A DNA stretch of 64,000 bases, taken from IMG/VR virus record IMGVR_UViG_3300025168_000034, positions 64,001 to 128,000 of that record; one strand, given 5' to 3'. Made by a program: the position numbers and the translations under genes. Of the stretch, positions 26,667 to 36,017 are shown one piece after another. Each line of letters begins with the position of its first letter. Within the stretch, counting starts at the first letter, position 1. The notes beneath the pieces are model-generated. The model worked only from the letters and a program-made list of their open reading frames with translations. It had not been told where the DNA came from and ran no database searches. The DNA comes from a virus.

Positions 26667-27926
26667 TTAACTTTGTGTTATTTGCGATATTACGCTTGCA
26701 CTATAAGTGAGCGTGTATAGTTTGTTTATTCCATCTGATCCAGTAACTGACACACTTATTGGATTGCCGTCTTCAAAATTAGATGCTGAGTATATTATAT
26801 TGGTTATTTGTTGTGTTGCACCAAAGCTTTGAGTTACTTGTGTAACACTACTACCGCTATAAACCATACTTGCTGTTGTGTAAAGAATACGCGTTGTTCC
26901 AGCAGTTTCTAATCCTGATGATTGTACTACTCCGCTTGTGCTTATGTTACCCGATGCTGATATATGGTAATCTGTTACTATCGATCCTGATTCGTGTTGT
27001 ATTGTAAAATGGTCTTCCGCACTAGAATTATAGAATGTAACAAACTTATCTGCAGATACTTTTACGAAGTTATCTCCATCAATAGCAATTTGGTTATCAA
27101 CTCCTGAGATAAATTGATCTGACCCGTCCTGCGAACTATCAAAAGATATTTTGCCGGCGCCTGCTAGGAACACATTTTCAGCTAATATATTACCACTTGC
27201 ACTTATATTACCTGAGGCTGTTATATGTCCTACAAAATTTGAGTCACCAGTTTGATTAAATGGTCCTATATTTGTTAATGTGTTACTACCAGATATTGTT
27301 AAAGATCCAGTTATTGTAGTGCTGCCTGATACCGTTAGTGATCCAGTTATAGATTGATTGCCGCTAAAATTATTAGATCCAGATGTTGCAAATGATCCAG
27401 TTTGAGAATTTGTTGCAAATGATCCAGTTTGAGAATTATTTACAAATGATCCGGTTTGATTACTTGTAGTTACACCACTTCCATTAACCACAATACTACC
27501 TGATATAAATAAACTACCAGTATTGGTAAACGATCCAGTATTGTTAAAAGGACCGGTATTGCTAAAAGAACCGGTATTGTTAAATGATCCTGAATATTGT
27601 ATTGAAGATGTAGGGTTTGAAAAAGTAAAGGTTTCACCAAACTTTACAACTGTAGGTGCAGGCCCACTAACAGTTAATGCTGATGCTGATATGCTTGGAT
27701 TGCCAAATAAATTTGCAGCAATAGATGCTGTTTGTGCATATGATGAAGAAATCTCGTGTGTAATTTCGTGAGATGCTGATACTGCAAACGAAGCTGTTTG
27801 GGCATAGGATGCAGATGTTGCTGTACCAGTTATTGTTCCGGTAATGTTACCAGCAAACGATCCACTAAACGATCCGCTTAGACTATATGATCCTGTTGCT
27901 AATTGTCCTGGATTAATTATTGGCAT
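26667..27926 (-). CDS. Ser/Gly/Thr-rich fibre-like virion protein (419 aa)
   Basis: SASYA, NTGSF and SASGNI repeats. Lies in the neck/tail block. Confidence 0.6.
   Translation of the reverse strand: MPIINPGQLATGSYSLSGSFSGSFAGNITGTITGTATSASYAQTASFAVSASHEITHEISSSYAQTASIAANLFGNPSISASALTVSGPAPTVVKFGETFTFSNPTSSIQYSGSFNNTGSFSNTGPFNNTGSFTNTGSLFISGSIVVNGSGVTTSNQTGSFVNNSQTGSFATNSQTGSFATSGSNNFSGNQSITGSLTVSGSTTITGSLTISGSNTLTNIGPFNQTGDSNFVGHITASGNISASGNILAENVFLAGAGKISFDSSQDGSDQFISGVDNQIAIDGDNFVKVSADKFVTFYNSSAEDHFTIQHESGSIVTDYHISASGNISTSGVVQSSGLETAGTTRILYTTASMVYSGSSVTQVTQSFGATQQITNIIYSASNFEDGNPISVSVTGSDGINKLYTLTYSASVISQITQS
27384..27464. repeat. Three 27-bp tandem units (NSQTGSFAT-like)
   Basis: The first two units are identical (tgttgcaaatgatccagtttgagaatt). 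An 18-bp NTG[S/P]F array lies at about 27511-27590. Confidence 0.85.
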
Positions 27927-27928
27927 AT

Positions 27929-29131
27929 CTACGTGTTAAACTTTCCGGTTCCTACTACTTCATCAGTTGCAGCTATTGTGAATCCTAATTCAGAAGTGTT
28001 GAAGGTAACAGTACATGTGTTGTTTCCATTATCAACAAAGTTTGATATTGCTGCTGGTTCACAGTTTACGCCATTAACAAAGAATATAAAGTCGTTTTTG
28101 CTAGTTGCAGGTAATCCGCTTGGAGCTGTCAAGAAGCTACCTGGGAATGTTGCTGTATCTGAAGTTTGGCTTGTAGCAAGTACACTTACGTTGGTTCCTA
28201 AGAATGCTAATGTTGCTGCTGGGATTTCGGTACTTATTGGTACTGGAGAAGACTCTGTCTGTACGCTGTCTGTTGTATCAATACTTGCTCCAACTCCTTC
28301 AGATTGTATTTCTGTAAATATAGAGCTATCTGCATCTACAGTAAGTTCTGTGTTGAGTTGTTGTACTGATCTAGTTTTGTCAGAAAGTTTTTTGCTTAGG
28401 TGTTTTACTAAAACATCCGGTACAATATATCCAAACAACGTTAATGAAAATGACGTTCTAATAACCCTATCTGCATCAGCCATCTGATCAGTAGTGTTTT
28501 GAAAATCGTCTATCTTTGTTCTAAACTTAAATCGTTCTGGTTCTCCCCAGTATGCACCTTCTGAATAGATTACAGATTCAACGATGCTGTTCATATGTTC
28601 TATAAAATCTGACCAAATTACTATTTCGTATGTTAAATCTACGTATTCGGGAATTACAGTGTTGACAAAACTTCGTGCTGGTTTAAGGTTTGTGAGTGTG
28701 CTAAATTGATCGTATCTGTTTCTAGAATTATACTTTACTTCTTGAGCTTTGTATAGCTGTGGAAAGTTAGCATCTATCTTGTTTCCAAGATTTCTATTTT
28801 TTACAATGTTTGTTCTTCTGTATGAAATAATAGGTTTTAGTATCTTTCCTCCAACATCTCTGAGATATCCATCTTCTTGTATTTGCTTCCACTTTTCTCC
28901 GCCACCGTAGACGACTGGTACTTCTGCCACTCGTCCAAAATCATCTACACGAGGCTTAATGGTGTTATCAAAGTACCACTTTATACAATAATCTAAATCA
29001 TACAAGCCTATCTGAAGATCCTTAATCTTATCATCATCTCTACGTGTATCGTTAGAGCGTCCAAATGCTTTATTCTCAACGCCTTTAGATAATTCGTATT
29101 GTGATGTAGGTAGGTTTTTTTTTGTATACAT
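27929..29131 (-). CDS. Tail terminator / sheath stabiliser (gp15-like) with C-terminal extension
   Basis: VPVVYGGGEKW, PIISYRR, PEYVDLTYEI. Follows the neck genes. Confidence 0.65.
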   Translation of the reverse strand: MYTKKNLPTSQYELSKGVENKAFGRSNDTRRDDDKIKDLQIGLYDLDYCIKWYFDNTIKPRVDDFGRVAEVPVVYGGGEKWKQIQEDGYLRDVGGKILKPIISYRRTNIVKNRNLGNKIDANFPQLYKAQEVKYNSRNRYDQFSTLTNLKPARSFVNTVIPEYVDLTYEIVIWSDFIEHMNSIVESVIYSEGAYWGEPERFKFRTKIDDFQNTTDQMADADRVIRTSFSLTLFGYIVPDVLVKHLSKKLSDKTRSVQQLNTELTVDADSSIFTEIQSEGVGASIDTTDSVQTESSPVPISTEIPAATLAFLGTNVSVLATSQTSDTATFPGSFLTAPSGLPATSKNDFIFFVNGVNCEPAAISNFVDNGNNTCTVTFNTSELGFTIAATDEVVGTGKFNT

Positions 29132-29634
29132 TATAATCTTGCTTTAGCGATTTGTAATCTTTGTTGGTTTGTTTGGTGTGTAACAGCTAAGATTGAAATA
29201 CTTCTACCAAAATCGGTGCCAACACTCTTTGGATGGTTTTTATCTTTACCTAAAATAAACTGACCTTCGTTGATATCATCCACTTCAAAGTATTTGTTTC
29301 TGTATTCTATAATATCACCTAACTCCATTACTAGGTTCATAGGCGTTAAATCATCTCGCAAGAATGCAAAAGTTACTGGTCTGTTAAAATCCAAAAACTG
29401 GTCATCTTGTATTGGGCTATCTGGTTCATATGTTACTAAGCTGTTTAGTCTAACTGGACGATGCCATGTTTTTTGAGCTGAAGCTTCTCCATACAAGTTA
29501 GCAGTGTCTTTGGACTTTGTGTCAGGTAGGTATGGTTTATAGAAATCTACTTGCTGCTCAATTACGTCGTTGAGTAGTTCTCGGTTAATTCCGACTAACA
29601 TATCGATATCTCTCTGTCTTCCAAATAAAGCCAT
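29131..29634 (-). CDS. Neck / head-completion protein (gp14-like)
   Basis: NLYGEA, GDIIEY..YFEV. Synteny gp13-gp14-gp15. Confidence 0.65.
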   Translation of the reverse strand: MALFGRQRDIDMLVGINRELLNDVIEQQVDFYKPYLPDTKSKDTANLYGEASAQKTWHRPVRLNSLVTYEPDSPIQDDQFLDFNRPVTFAFLRDDLTPMNLVMELGDIIEYRNKYFEVDDINEGQFILGKDKNHPKSVGTDFGRSISILAVTHQTNQQRLQIAKARL

Positions 29635-29635
29635 A

Positions 29636-30817
29636 TTATTTTATGTAAATGTGATTTGGAACCTTTGCCAATGTAGTTGACATTGCTGTAGCAATTGTTG
29701 CTTCTGCTTGCATCGAAGTCTCACGACCCATTGCTAATAGTATTTCTTTTAAATCTGTTATAAGTTGTGTTTTTCTTTCCGTTCCTTGTGATATTAAATC
29801 AGCTCCATTAAGTGTTGTTTCAGATCCTGGAATTGGTACAGTTGTATATTTTCCTCTAACCAATCCCAAAGTAGTCAAAGAAGAGCCTAAAGTATACTCA
29901 TATATCCATTGAACCCCTACATCTCTTATATCGCCAAATCGTATTCGATTGTAAGGTACATTTGCTAGATCACTAACCGACCCTGTAGGCTCTTTTAGCG
30001 GATTGTTTCTATCTTCAACTAAGACATAATCAAAAAACAATGTATATGTTGATTCTGGAATTGGGAATATTTTAAGTTTGTTGTTTTGTATTTCAAATGA
30101 ATATCCGGATTTTCTAATTTGATCATTCATCTCAATTGCTTGCATTCGCAATAAATCGGCATATATAGGCATCACTAAAAAAGATACAGCTGGTGAGTAT
30201 GACCCCCAACCAAAGCCATCTAACATAGTTTGCGATCCAGCTCCGGTATCAGTTTGTGGATCAAAGTATCTTGTGATTGCTGGAGGTGGATTATGAAAGA
30301 CTCTCTTGATTTCTATTTTTTTTCCAGACTCACTCACATCTGCATACAGTGCATTTAGATCATAACTCTGTGATGCTGCTGTAACCTCTATATGTCCACG
30401 CTTCCAATCTACATCACCACCTGATCCAATCTCTGAACCATAAGTTTTAGCCATTGCAATTGTACGTCCGAGGTTAGGTGTTACAGTTCTGCTGCTAGCA
30501 TTAGATGCTGTTGATGTGCCTTGTAGAGTTAGTATGTAATCTTTAGCATTATACATATTAACCATTGAGCTAAACTTTGTTATAGATTCTTCAAAGGCTG
30601 CAAAGAAGTTAAGGTCTTGAAGTTCAACATCCATAATAGGATATCCAAGACTCTTAGCACAGTAATCTGCTACACCATCTGCTTGTGTTTTAAATGTTGG
30701 ATCGTTATCGTAGAAACCAAAGGGAGTTGGTTTTGGTCCTACTGATGGACTGTCATAATAAGATGCTGAGACTGTTGTAAACGAGCTCGATCCGGGCCAT
30801 ATTGGTACACTACTCAT
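29636..30817 (-). CDS. Neck protein (gp13-like)
   Basis: LGYPIMDVEL, LGLVRGKY..PIPG..TLNG. Confidence 0.75.
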   Translation of the reverse strand: MSSVPIWPGSSSFTTVSASYYDSPSVGPKPTPFGFYDNDPTFKTQADGVADYCAKSLGYPIMDVELQDLNFFAAFEESITKFSSMVNMYNAKDYILTLQGTSTASNASSRTVTPNLGRTIAMAKTYGSEIGSGGDVDWKRGHIEVTAASQSYDLNALYADVSESGKKIEIKRVFHNPPPAITRYFDPQTDTGAGSQTMLDGFGWGSYSPAVSFLVMPIYADLLRMQAIEMNDQIRKSGYSFEIQNNKLKIFPIPESTYTLFFDYVLVEDRNNPLKEPTGSVSDLANVPYNRIRFGDIRDVGVQWIYEYTLGSSLTTLGLVRGKYTTVPIPGSETTLNGADLISQGTERKTQLITDLKEILLAMGRETSMQAEATIATAMSTTLAKVPNHIYIK

Positions 30818-30835
30818 AAGTTACTAGCTTTTACC

Positions 30836-30843
30836 TATAAATA
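30836..30843 (-). promoter_or_regulatory. Putative late promoter motif TATTTATA
   Basis: 18 nt upstream of the neck gene ATG. Confidence 0.65.
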
Positions 30844-30867
30844 GTTACGAATTTGGTTTGAGGTATG

Positions 30868-31566
30868 TTAACTGCGGAAGTTTTTATAGACGTCAATAAT
30901 CGAGTCTACAATTCCATGTCTATGGCTTTTTAGTAGTTGTATCACATTAAAGCTTTTAATATTAACAAGGTGTTTACACATAAAGTCAAATCCTGAGGTT
31001 TTCTTTTCTCGAAGATCAATTTGAGCATTATCTCCACAAAAGATCACTTTACTTCCTGAGCATATTCTCGTTAGTATTAACTCAGTTTGTGTGTCTGTAA
31101 GGTTTTGTGATTCATCTGCAACTACTAAGCAATTAGTAAAATTACGACCTCGCATAAAGTTTACTGGAAGTATTTCAATCTTTCCATCTTCTACACACTT
31201 TTCGATTGCTTCTTTTTTATACAGTCTATACATGTTTTCGTAAACTGGTGCTGTAAAGGGTGCTAATTTTTGATTGATGTCTCCTGGAAGAAATCCTATA
31301 TCAGGACCTGCGCCTACGGGTGGTCTTGTTATAATGACCTTCTCTACTTCTTTTCTAAACAAAAGATCTAAAGCTACGTTGGCAGCTAATAACGACTTTC
31401 CAGATCCTGCTCTACCTTTAAGTACAGTCACGGTGTTGTTAAAAATGCTATCCTTAGCTAGTTTTTGCTCTTCGTTTAGTTGGATGTTGAACTTGATTGG
31501 GTTCTTTGGTTTACGCTTTGCTTTAAAAGTCTCTTGTGCTTCGTTTGTGCGATTATAATCTGTCAT
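30868..31566 (-). CDS. phoH: PhoH-family ATPase
   Basis: GRAGSGKS, IITRP, IGFLPG, FMRGRNF, DESQN, GDNAQIDL. Confidence 0.93.
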   Translation of the reverse strand: MTDYNRTNEAQETFKAKRKPKNPIKFNIQLNEEQKLAKDSIFNNTVTVLKGRAGSGKSLLAANVALDLLFRKEVEKVIITRPPVGAGPDIGFLPGDINQKLAPFTAPVYENMYRLYKKEAIEKCVEDGKIEILPVNFMRGRNFTNCLVVADESQNLTDTQTELILTRICSGSKVIFCGDNAQIDLREKKTSGFDFMCKHLVNIKSFNVIQLLKSHRHGIVDSIIDVYKNFRS

Positions 31567-31586
31567 GGTGTAACATTGTTGTTTTA

Positions 31587-31594
31587 TATAAATA
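31587..31594 (-). promoter_or_regulatory. Putative late promoter motif TATTTATA
   Basis: Between the terminator and the phoH ATG. Confidence 0.65.
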
Positions 31595-31606
31595 GTTGTG
31601 GGATAT

Positions 31607-31629
31607 AAAAAAACCCTCCGAAGAGGGTT
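31607..31629 (-). terminator. Intrinsic terminator with a UUCG tetraloop
   Basis: AACCCTC-TTCG-GAGGGTT followed by a T-run. Confidence 0.88.
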
Positions 31630-31649
31630 ATCTTATAAAGAATGGGTGT

Positions 31650-31976
31650 TTACTTCATTTCGATCATTTGTAATGGAACATTCCAACCTTGATCAAATCG
31701 ACCAGCTCCTTCTGCTTTTACAACTCCACGAGTCTTGTTGATCTTGGTTAAGATAAGATCGTGTCTGTAGCTTAGTTTTGGATGGTTAACATTACACGGA
31801 GAGCCTTCTACTAACTCTTGTTTAACTTCTGCAATTTTAGATGCTTTTCGAGTTTTTAAGATTCCAACAACATACTTGTTGATTCTCCTCAATTCTTCTG
31901 ACGACATTGCTTGTAATGCCTTTCTTGTTTCGTAGTCGTTAATGTCGACTGTTTTGTTACTGATATTCTTGTTCAT
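31650..31976 (-). CDS. Small early-type hypothetical protein (108 aa)
   Basis: Downstream of promoter repeat copy 1. Confidence 0.7.
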   Translation of the reverse strand: MNKNISNKTVDINDYETRKALQAMSSEELRRINKYVVGILKTRKASKIAEVKQELVEGSPCNVNHPKLSYRHDLILTKINKTRGVVKAEGAGRFDQGWNVPLQMIEMK

Positions 31977-31993
31977 ATTGTGATTATTTGTTA

Positions 31994-32053
31994 TTAATTA
32001 TCTTTCTCTTTACATAGTAAAGATCAGGACTTTATTCCAGGATTGCAACTTTT
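31994..32053 (-). promoter_or_regulatory. Early promoter repeat, copy 1 (TTG-N20-GATCTTTA plus palindrome 32007-32023)
   Basis: 53/60 identical to 32572-32631. Confidence 0.8.
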
Positions 32054-32286
32054 TATGGAAAAACATTCTGATTTTTCAATGTATGAAAATACTCACGAAG
32101 CTTAGCAAGTCTTCTAGTAGCTGAGATATACTCCCATTCGTACTTATCCATGTTATACTCCATACATTCATCTCTCATGAAACCTTGGATGTTCTCTGCT
32201 GCACCTCTGGTAGTAGTACCCCACTCTTTTTCTATGTAATCTCTAACTCTATTAAATAGATGGTATATTCTATCTTCTTGTGTCAT
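32053..32286 (-). CDS. Small early-type hypothetical protein (77 aa)
   Basis: ORF in the promoter-repeat island. Confidence 0.65.
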   Translation of the reverse strand: MTQEDRIYHLFNRVRDYIEKEWGTTTRGAAENIQGFMRDECMEYNMDKYEWEYISATRRLAKLREYFHTLKNQNVFP

Positions 32287-32291
32287 ATCTC

Positions 32292-32561
32292 TTATCTTAA
32301 AGTTTGATTCTTTCTTGCGTATCTCTTAGCTCTCATATAAGCCTCTCTAGTCTCATAAGTAAAGTAATTACGACCTATGTCTGTAAACTCTCTACAATCA
32401 TGCTTGGCCCAATATCTTTGATAGAATTCTGGACCGTTACCATAATCACGATATTCCACCATCTCATCAAAGTGGATCTTCCCACCCGATAAGCCTTTGT
32501 ATTCGATAGTCTCTCGACCTTTCATCTCTTTTGTGATTGTGTATTTTGGTTTGTTTTGCAT
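32292..32561 (-). CDS. Small early-type hypothetical protein (89 aa)
   Basis: Downstream of promoter repeat copy 2. Confidence 0.65.
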   Translation of the reverse strand: MQNKPKYTITKEMKGRETIEYKGLSGGKIHFDEMVEYRDYGNGPEFYQRYWAKHDCREFTDIGRNYFTYETREAYMRAKRYARKNQTLR

Positions 32562-32571
32562 ATCTTTTGTT

Positions 32572-32631
32572 TTAATTATCTTTCCCTTTACATAGTAAAG
32601 GTCAGGACTTTATTTCGTAATTGCAACCTTT
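32572..32631 (-). promoter_or_regulatory. Early promoter repeat, copy 2 (TTG-N20-GACCTTTA plus palindrome 32585-32601)
   Basis: 53/60 identical to copy 1. Confidence 0.8.
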
Positions 32632-32632
32632 T

Positions 32633-32824
32633 TTACGAAAATTTCCATAATTTTTTTTCTAATTGGTTAACTAATCCGATTGCGTCTTGAAATGCAAATC
32701 GAGCTGAGTCACTGTTTCGATTAGCTTTTGAGTGTTTACGTTTTTTTTCCATAAACTGTTTTGCAAGCTCTAACTGTTTGAGCAATGCTCGATGTTGGTT
32801 TCCTAATTCTGCGTGGTGGTTCAT
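32633..32824 (-). CDS. Small early-type hypothetical protein (63 aa)
   Basis: ATGA-coupled to the upstream ORF. Confidence 0.6.
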   Translation of the reverse strand: MNHHAELGNQHRALLKQLELAKQFMEKKRKHSKANRNSDSARFAFQDAIGLVNQLEKKLWKFS

Positions 32825-33045
32825 CTTTCTAATATTACAAAGGTTCCAAAATGTTTATCAAATACTTGAATAAGATTTTCATAATCTCCTTCCATCATTT
32901 CTAATGCAATCTCATCTACCTGAAACTCATCTAATCCTATTTTTCTAGCCAATCTTTTTGCAGTTGCTATTAAGGAGAATGCATTACCATCCGGTCCGGT
33001 TAGATCAATTATAATTTCTTTTTGTTCTTGTTTCTTTCTAATCAT
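32821..33045 (-). CDS. Small phage hypothetical protein (IDLTGPDGNAF motif)
   Basis: Downstream of promoter repeat copy 3. GPDGNAF..GDYENL pattern recalled from phage hypothetical proteins. Confidence 0.75.
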   Translation of the reverse strand: MIRKKQEQKEIIIDLTGPDGNAFSLIATAKRLARKIGLDEFQVDEIALEMMEGDYENLIQVFDKHFGTFVILER

Positions 33046-33058
33046 ATCTTTTTCTCTT

Positions 33059-33101
33059 TCTTTACATTGTAAAGATCAGGACAAAGATCCGAATATGCAA
33101 C
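33059..33101 (-). promoter_or_regulatory. Early promoter repeat, copy 3 (TTG-N20-GATCTTTA plus palindrome 33059-33075)
   Basis: Shares GTTGCA...GTCCTGATCTTTAC with copy 1 (copy 2 reads GACCTTTAC). Confidence 0.75.
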
Positions 33102-33121
33102 AGTTTACCTAATTATTTTCC

Positions 33122-33148
33122 AAAAAAAAGCCCCTCCGAAGAGGGGCT
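33122..33148 (-). terminator. Intrinsic terminator after the major capsid gene (UUCG tetraloop)
   Basis: AGCCCCTC-TTCG-GAGGGGCT followed by a T-run. Confidence 0.9.
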
Positions 33149-33171
33149 AATTAATTATGCGGTTATGCTTC

Positions 33172-34803
33172 TTACAGCACGTTTAGATCTGCAACGTTAA
33201 TCTTACCGTAGAATTCTGGTCTAGTAACAAGTTTTGCATATCTTGTCATTACACCTCTTCTTGGAGTAAAATTCTTTGGATCGTAAACAAGAGGAGTAAG
33301 CATTAATGGCACGTATGGTGCGTATACTGCTCCAGTCTCTAAGAACTGGCTTCCTCTGAATCCCATCAAGATGGTATTCTCTTGCATGTAAGGGTTTTTG
33401 TAAACATCATAAGCGTTATTAATAGCACCTACTTGTCTTACACCCATTGCATATTTCATCTTGCCTGTTCCGTCAGTCGCAGCATATCCAGGAATTGACT
33501 CAAGGATAGTTGAGATTTTTGGAGAACAAACTAAGAAGTTAGCTCCACCTCTCAGAGTCTTAGCATGGATCTCGTTAGATACTTTCTGTACTTTAGTACC
33601 TAAAGTAGCAAACCAAGTACCTTGGATATATGCTTGACCACTAAATTGTGATGCCTCGAATAGATTAGTAGCAGAGTTAAACTCTTGACCTACTTTAGCA
33701 GACCAGAAGTCTGTAGAAGCAGCTGATGAAATCAACATGTCTAAGATCTCTAAGTCAATCTCCATAGAGACATACTCAGATAACATAGAAGTCAACTCAC
33801 CTTCAGCATCTACTGAATGGTATGCGTTAAGGTCTTGAGCGAACTCAGGAGTCCAGCTTGCTTTCAACTTACGAGTCTTAGCAGTTACCGGAATACTTCT
33901 CATTTGCAATTCAATGCTTGGGATATTCAAGTCTGTATCCAAGTCTCTGTTTGTAGCAGATACTGGTTTAGCCTCGAAGTCACCTCTATCATCATTCGTA
34001 GGTTGTACTGAGAATGAAATTGCTGCACGGAAAGGACTAAGTGTCACATGTGTAGCTGGTGCTAATGATTCAGATGCTACAACGAATTGTACGTTTCCAC
34101 CAACGATTTGAGTAAACTTTTCAATGACGTCTAACTCAACTGAACCAGATAGTAGTTGGAATGATCTAACTGCTTCTTTGTCTAATCCAGTTCCGTTAGA
34201 AGAGGAAAGAGATGCAGTAGGAACAATTACTGTATGGTAATTAGCAATTGATGCTGTAAAATCACCATCGTAAAGTACAGTGTCAACACCTACAGATCCA
34301 GTGTGGATTGTATGTCCAGTTGTTGCAATTTGGTTGTTAATTGAATATCCAAATCGACCTGCTCCGTAAAGTCCATCAGATGGATCAGCAGTAGTGTCAG
34401 TGACACCTTGTAGTGTACCAGTTTGGTTTTTCTCCGTTGGAGCGAATCCAAATGGATTTTTATCGTTAGCGTATTTGAAATCTAGGTAGAATACTAGTCC
34501 TGATGGTAAGTTCATTGGTTGAACGCTGACAAATTCCTTTGCTGCGATCTCCGCATAAACTCTCCTGATCAAAGGAAGAGCTACTCCTGTCCACTGCTCA
34601 TATCCGGCACCTGCAGTACCAGCTGTTGTAGCAGACCCCTCTTTCAAAAGCTGTTTTGCTTGGTTCTCTAAAAGAACAGACACTGTTGCCTCTTCTTGTT
34701 TGTCACCAAGTCCTTCTAATAGGCCCGTTCTGGACCATTTGGAGATTAAAGCCTTATTTTCGTGGCTTCTGTTTGTTTCTCCCATTCCTTCAAATAAATT
34801 CAT
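33172..34803 (-). CDS. gp23: Major capsid protein (T4 gp23-like)
   Basis: LLENQ, VSVQPMNLPSGLVFYLDF, AKTRKLKASWTPEFAQDLNAYH, YAPYVPL, FTPRRGVMTRY. Confidence 0.97.
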   Translation of the reverse strand: MNLFEGMGETNRSHENKALISKWSRTGLLEGLGDKQEEATVSVLLENQAKQLLKEGSATTAGTAGAGYEQWTGVALPLIRRVYAEIAAKEFVSVQPMNLPSGLVFYLDFKYANDKNPFGFAPTEKNQTGTLQGVTDTTADPSDGLYGAGRFGYSINNQIATTGHTIHTGSVGVDTVLYDGDFTASIANYHTVIVPTASLSSSNGTGLDKEAVRSFQLLSGSVELDVIEKFTQIVGGNVQFVVASESLAPATHVTLSPFRAAISFSVQPTNDDRGDFEAKPVSATNRDLDTDLNIPSIELQMRSIPVTAKTRKLKASWTPEFAQDLNAYHSVDAEGELTSMLSEYVSMEIDLEILDMLISSAASTDFWSAKVGQEFNSATNLFEASQFSGQAYIQGTWFATLGTKVQKVSNEIHAKTLRGGANFLVCSPKISTILESIPGYAATDGTGKMKYAMGVRQVGAINNAYDVYKNPYMQENTILMGFRGSQFLETGAVYAPYVPLMLTPLVYDPKNFTPRRGVMTRYAKLVTRPEFYGKINVADLNVL

Positions 34804-34831
34804 AGTTTGAATAATTTTTGCTTTTTTTAGG

Positions 34832-35881
34832 TTACTTGTTGTAGTTAATTAATTCTGTAAAACGGTTATAAACTCCGTTACTGTCAGCAATCACTTTTTT
34901 CGTTCCTTTTGAACGAGATGATGCGATACCTTCAGTTAGGTTTTTTGCTTTTCTTTTAGGAGCAGCTTTTCTGACAGGTCTTGCAGTCATTGATTCGGCT
35001 AATGTAGCATACACTAATTTAGCTTCTCTAACTGTTTTAACTCTGTCAAAAGTTTCGATGATTTTTATTTTCTTAGTCTCAGTCAATTCACCTTTCTTGA
35101 ATAGCTTGTTTACATAAAGTAATTTAGCGTTAAGTAGATTCACTTCGTTTAACTTAGAACGTAAGAATTTGATAACATTGTAAGCTTCTTCCAACTCATC
35201 TTCATCCTTTTCTTCATCCATGGATTCTTTATCATCTTCTTCCTCTTCTCTAAGAGCTTTAATGATTTCTTCTAGGTCGATATCTTCATCGTCACCTTCT
35301 TCCATGTCCTCTTTTTCAGAATGATCTTCTTCTTTGTAAAGACCTTTCTTCATTTTTTCTTTAGACGACATTTTTTCATCCATTTCTTCTTTGTCAGAAT
35401 GATCGCCTTCTTCCATTTCATCGGTTTCAGCGTGAGCTTCTTCTTCCATATCTTCTTCAGAATAATCTCCTTCAGCCATTTCATCTTCTTCTCCTTCTAA
35501 CTCTCTTAGAATCTCTTCTAACTCGTCATCAGTCATTTCAGCTTCTTCGGCTTCAGCAGATGCTTCTTCTTCAGATCCTTCATCAGAAACTTCTGGTTCT
35601 GCCTCAACTTCAACTTCTACTTCATCCTCTACTTCAGGTTCTCCACCTTCGCCTTCGGATTGCATTTCGTCTTCGTCGTGAGACATCTCCATTGTCATTT
35701 CTTCTTCATCTTCCATCTCCTCCATTGGCTCTTCCTCTTCCATCTCTTCTTTAATTTTATGAGACAGCATAGATTGCAGCTTAGGAGCAAAGGCTTCTTC
35801 TAAAGCAAGTTTTGCGTTTGCTAATGCAGTTTCGCGAACAGCTTTTGCGTCTGCGATTGCATCTTTTAATAATTTGTTCAT
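34832..35881 (-). CDS. Prohead core scaffold protein (gp22-like)
   Basis: Highly acidic, directly upstream of the capsid gene, many L-x-E sites. Confidence 0.8.
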   Translation of the reverse strand: MNKLLKDAIADAKAVRETALANAKLALEEAFAPKLQSMLSHKIKEEMEEEEPMEEMEDEEEMTMEMSHDEDEMQSEGEGGEPEVEDEVEVEVEAEPEVSDEGSEEEASAEAEEAEMTDDELEEILRELEGEEDEMAEGDYSEEDMEEEAHAETDEMEEGDHSDKEEMDEKMSSKEKMKKGLYKEEDHSEKEDMEEGDDEDIDLEEIIKALREEEEDDKESMDEEKDEDELEEAYNVIKFLRSKLNEVNLLNAKLLYVNKLFKKGELTETKKIKIIETFDRVKTVREAKLVYATLAESMTARPVRKAAPKRKAKNLTEGIASSRSKGTKKVIADSNGVYNRFTELINYNK

Positions 35882-36017
35882 GATATATGTTTTATGAACG
35901 TCCTACAACTATTGGAGTTGCAATTTGAATAATTTATTTAGGACGCCATATCAGGATAGCGTATTTAACCATATATAGTATGGTCAAAACTCAAAACGTG
36001 TTTTAGTGTTGTATTAT

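Noticed and set aside
26667-27926. Diversity-generating retroelement target
   Set aside because: No reverse transcriptase and no template/variable repeat pair differing at adenines was seen.
31994-33101. Three spaced repeats as a CRISPR array
   Set aside because: The intervals are about 430-520 bp and contain ORFs. The repeats have promoter geometry and no cas gene is present.
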